From positions 65,660,001 to 65,724,000 of the forward strand of contig CM059432.1 of NCBI GenBank assembly GCA_030390025.1: DNA of 64,000 nt, written 5' to 3'. This document shows, piece by piece, positions 62,040 to 64,000 of this stretch. Position 1 is the stretch's first letter; each line of letters begins with the position of its first letter. A model generated the notes under the pieces. That model ran no database searches, was not told the origin of the DNA, and saw only the letters and a list, made by a program, of their open reading frames with translations. The position numbers were made by a program, and so were the translations under genes. This DNA is from Squalus acanthias (Eukaryota).

Positions 62040-62649
62040 ATTATATGTTAATCAAGCATGACTTCCCACTCCTAAAACCATGTTGTCTCAGAGTAGCTTA
62101 TGCTCCTCAAGATGTTCCCTTATATTATTCTGCTTAATACTTTCAAACACTTTCCCAACAGTGGTAGTAAGGCGTACAGGTCTGTCATTTGACGGTTCAT
62201 CCCTTGCCTCATTTTTATAGATGGGGGGGTGGGGGGAACATTTGTTATTTTCCAATCATCTGGGACGATTGAGCCAATCATTTGAACCAATACCTTCAGA
62301 ACCCTGGAATGAAAGTTATCAGAGCCAGGAGCCTTATCTACCATCAGCTTCAGCAACCTCCCAAATATGTCGAGTCTTTAAACTGTACTCTCAATTCTGG
62401 CATTTCTCTTCCTCCCCCCCCACCATTTCTTTTGTGAGATCTATTTTTAGATTAAAATTACAGAGTGGGTCACAACATTACTCTTCAAAATGCATTGAGA
62501 AGTCTTATGCTCAGAGGCTGAAAGGCCTACACCTGTTCCTATGCTTATATCGGGCTCAGTCTAGGGGAAAACTCATAGGAAAATTAACAGTTTACTGCAG
62601 TTTTGCCTGTAGGTGGTGCTGTTTTTCAACATTAACAGCAGCTACATGG

Positions 62650-63500
62650 AGGCTTAGAAATTCCACTCCATTATCGGTGTAATTTCAGCGTATAATTGCG
62701 GCAAGTAACTTTTTTGGCAGCATAATGGAGCGGAAACTCATTTACGCCTGACTGACCTTGTATTGTTGTGCGAACTGTTGCAATTTTCTGACATTAAATG
62801 GTGGTCCACTGTCTGATCATAACCTCATTTGGAATACCATGGCGTGCAAAATGAGCTTTCATCGTACAGACAGGCTGTCTATTTCAAAGTAATCGTTAGT
62901 TAGCAATAGTTAGAACATATGTTAAGTGCCAAGGCAGCAGGGGGCATCCCTGGAGCCATCTGTCCATTCATCCTGCTCCTTCAGAGAGTTGTGGCACTGT
63001 CAACCATTACAAGATGAAAGCACCATGGCTGCTGTCAGGGTATCTTGCAGTCACGAGTATTATTTGGCTGTGGTGGTCCAAGACCACCTACTCATTCTTC
63101 AAATAAAATCCTTTACAGTTGATATATGCCATAAGGTTGTGGTTCGGCACCCCAATAGCAACATGGCTACCATCAATAATGTCCAACAATTGGGAACCCA
63201 GCTACCTGCTAGAAGTGCTAAGCCCTCTCCAGTTACTCCCGCTCTAAGGTTGCAGTGACCTGCTTGATGCATTGGTGTATGACCAATGTCACCAGTAGTG
63301 GCTTGAAATGAGCCTGTAGCATTAAAGTTCAATGTATTGGCAACTTTACCTGGAAATGTCAGGCCTGTCCCTGTGCTGGATGTCCTCTACATGTTACGCT
63401 CCAGTATACAAGATGCTCAAGAACTGCCTCTCTATTGAAACATAGACAGGTCTCTTCTAACATGCCCAGGTAGCTTTGCCGTATGACAGAAGTCCTAGGT
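62650..63500 (-). mobile_element. Highly decayed Harbinger (copy 5) transposase remnant
   Basis: NFNATGSFQATTGDI (ORF 63099-63332) and ARYPDSSHGAFIL near 63010-63050. TIR-like GGCTTAGAAATTCC at about 62650. Right boundary uncertain. Confidence 0.7.
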
Positions 63501-64000
63501 TGCCTGCAATAGATGTTAGGATACTTGCAACTCCCTGCAAGCATAGAAGAGAAACATTTACATACTGGCTATGCCTTCTGTTGGCAAAGAGCAAGCATGT
63601 ATACAGCGCTCCCTTCGAAATTCTTGTACACCTCCTCCCAGGTACAACAGAACTGGAAGACTGCAATCACTTGCTATGCTATCTTCATGTGCAGCTGTCA
63701 CCAAAGAGTGTTAACCTCTTTCACTGAATCCCCCAAGAAGAGTGCTATATATGCAAAAGCCTTTCTCATTGCCATTATTGCACATATTTTCCTCCCAGGT
63801 ACATCCTTCACAGTGATGCTGAAAATTAGTATATAACTTCTCTTTAATTATAAGCAGCAATCCTTGAAGAGCTGCAACTACCAGCCAACTGGCATACAGG
63901 CCTGCCTTCTGTGCACATTTTCCATATGAAAATGAAGAGCAGGGGCTTGCCTCATGTAATTTAACAAGGCTGGTCTTCCCTGCTGTTGCTTTGGTTGCCC

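Larger units (their letters stand above)
60575..62370 (-). mobile_element. Old CR1 remnant interrupted by two MITEs
   Basis: 3' tail near 60590, YLEFRKAFDTVPH near 61010-61055, and KAPGSD/PDDWKITNV in ORF 62120-62356. Confidence 0.75.

Noticed and set aside
1..64000. CRISPR arrays, operons, rRNA or other prokaryotic systems
   Set aside because: No repeat-spacer array or gene-dense coding; the content is vertebrate intronic and intergenic DNA.

Overview
Vertebrate genomic DNA, inferred to be from a cartilaginous fish (shark) because of its repeat content: CR1/L2-group LINEs, Penelope elements, DeuSINE-type SINEs and PIF/Harbinger elements. No prokaryotic features were found. The only host-gene signal I can support is the first coding exon of a peroxidasin-family gene (most like PXDNL) on the minus strand at 48555-48712. 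The ORF track misses it. It has a plausible core promoter just upstream. I found no exon 2, so positions 1-48554 are probably intron 1. The rest is a layered transposon fossil record: five decayed Harbinger copies (transposase and/or Myb-like gene), about a dozen Harbinger-type MITEs, CR1, L2 and a third LINE family, Penelope copies with minimal hammerhead ribozymes, a 1.3-kb solo LTR, an 86-bp mini-LTR and a hAT MITE. The most interesting structures are: (i) two diverged MITEs that keep a promoter-like motif followed by three splice donors at the same spacing; (ii) hammerhead ribozymes on the host pre-mRNA strand; (iii) a tRNA-SINE head fused to a LINE ORF2 at one insertion site; (iv) an ~860-bp inversion with a 21-bp inverted duplication that splits a MITE; (v) a shared extended Harbinger target-site preference; (vi) a four-level nested insertion. 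All coordinates were read by eye, and family names come from recalled motifs, not database searches.
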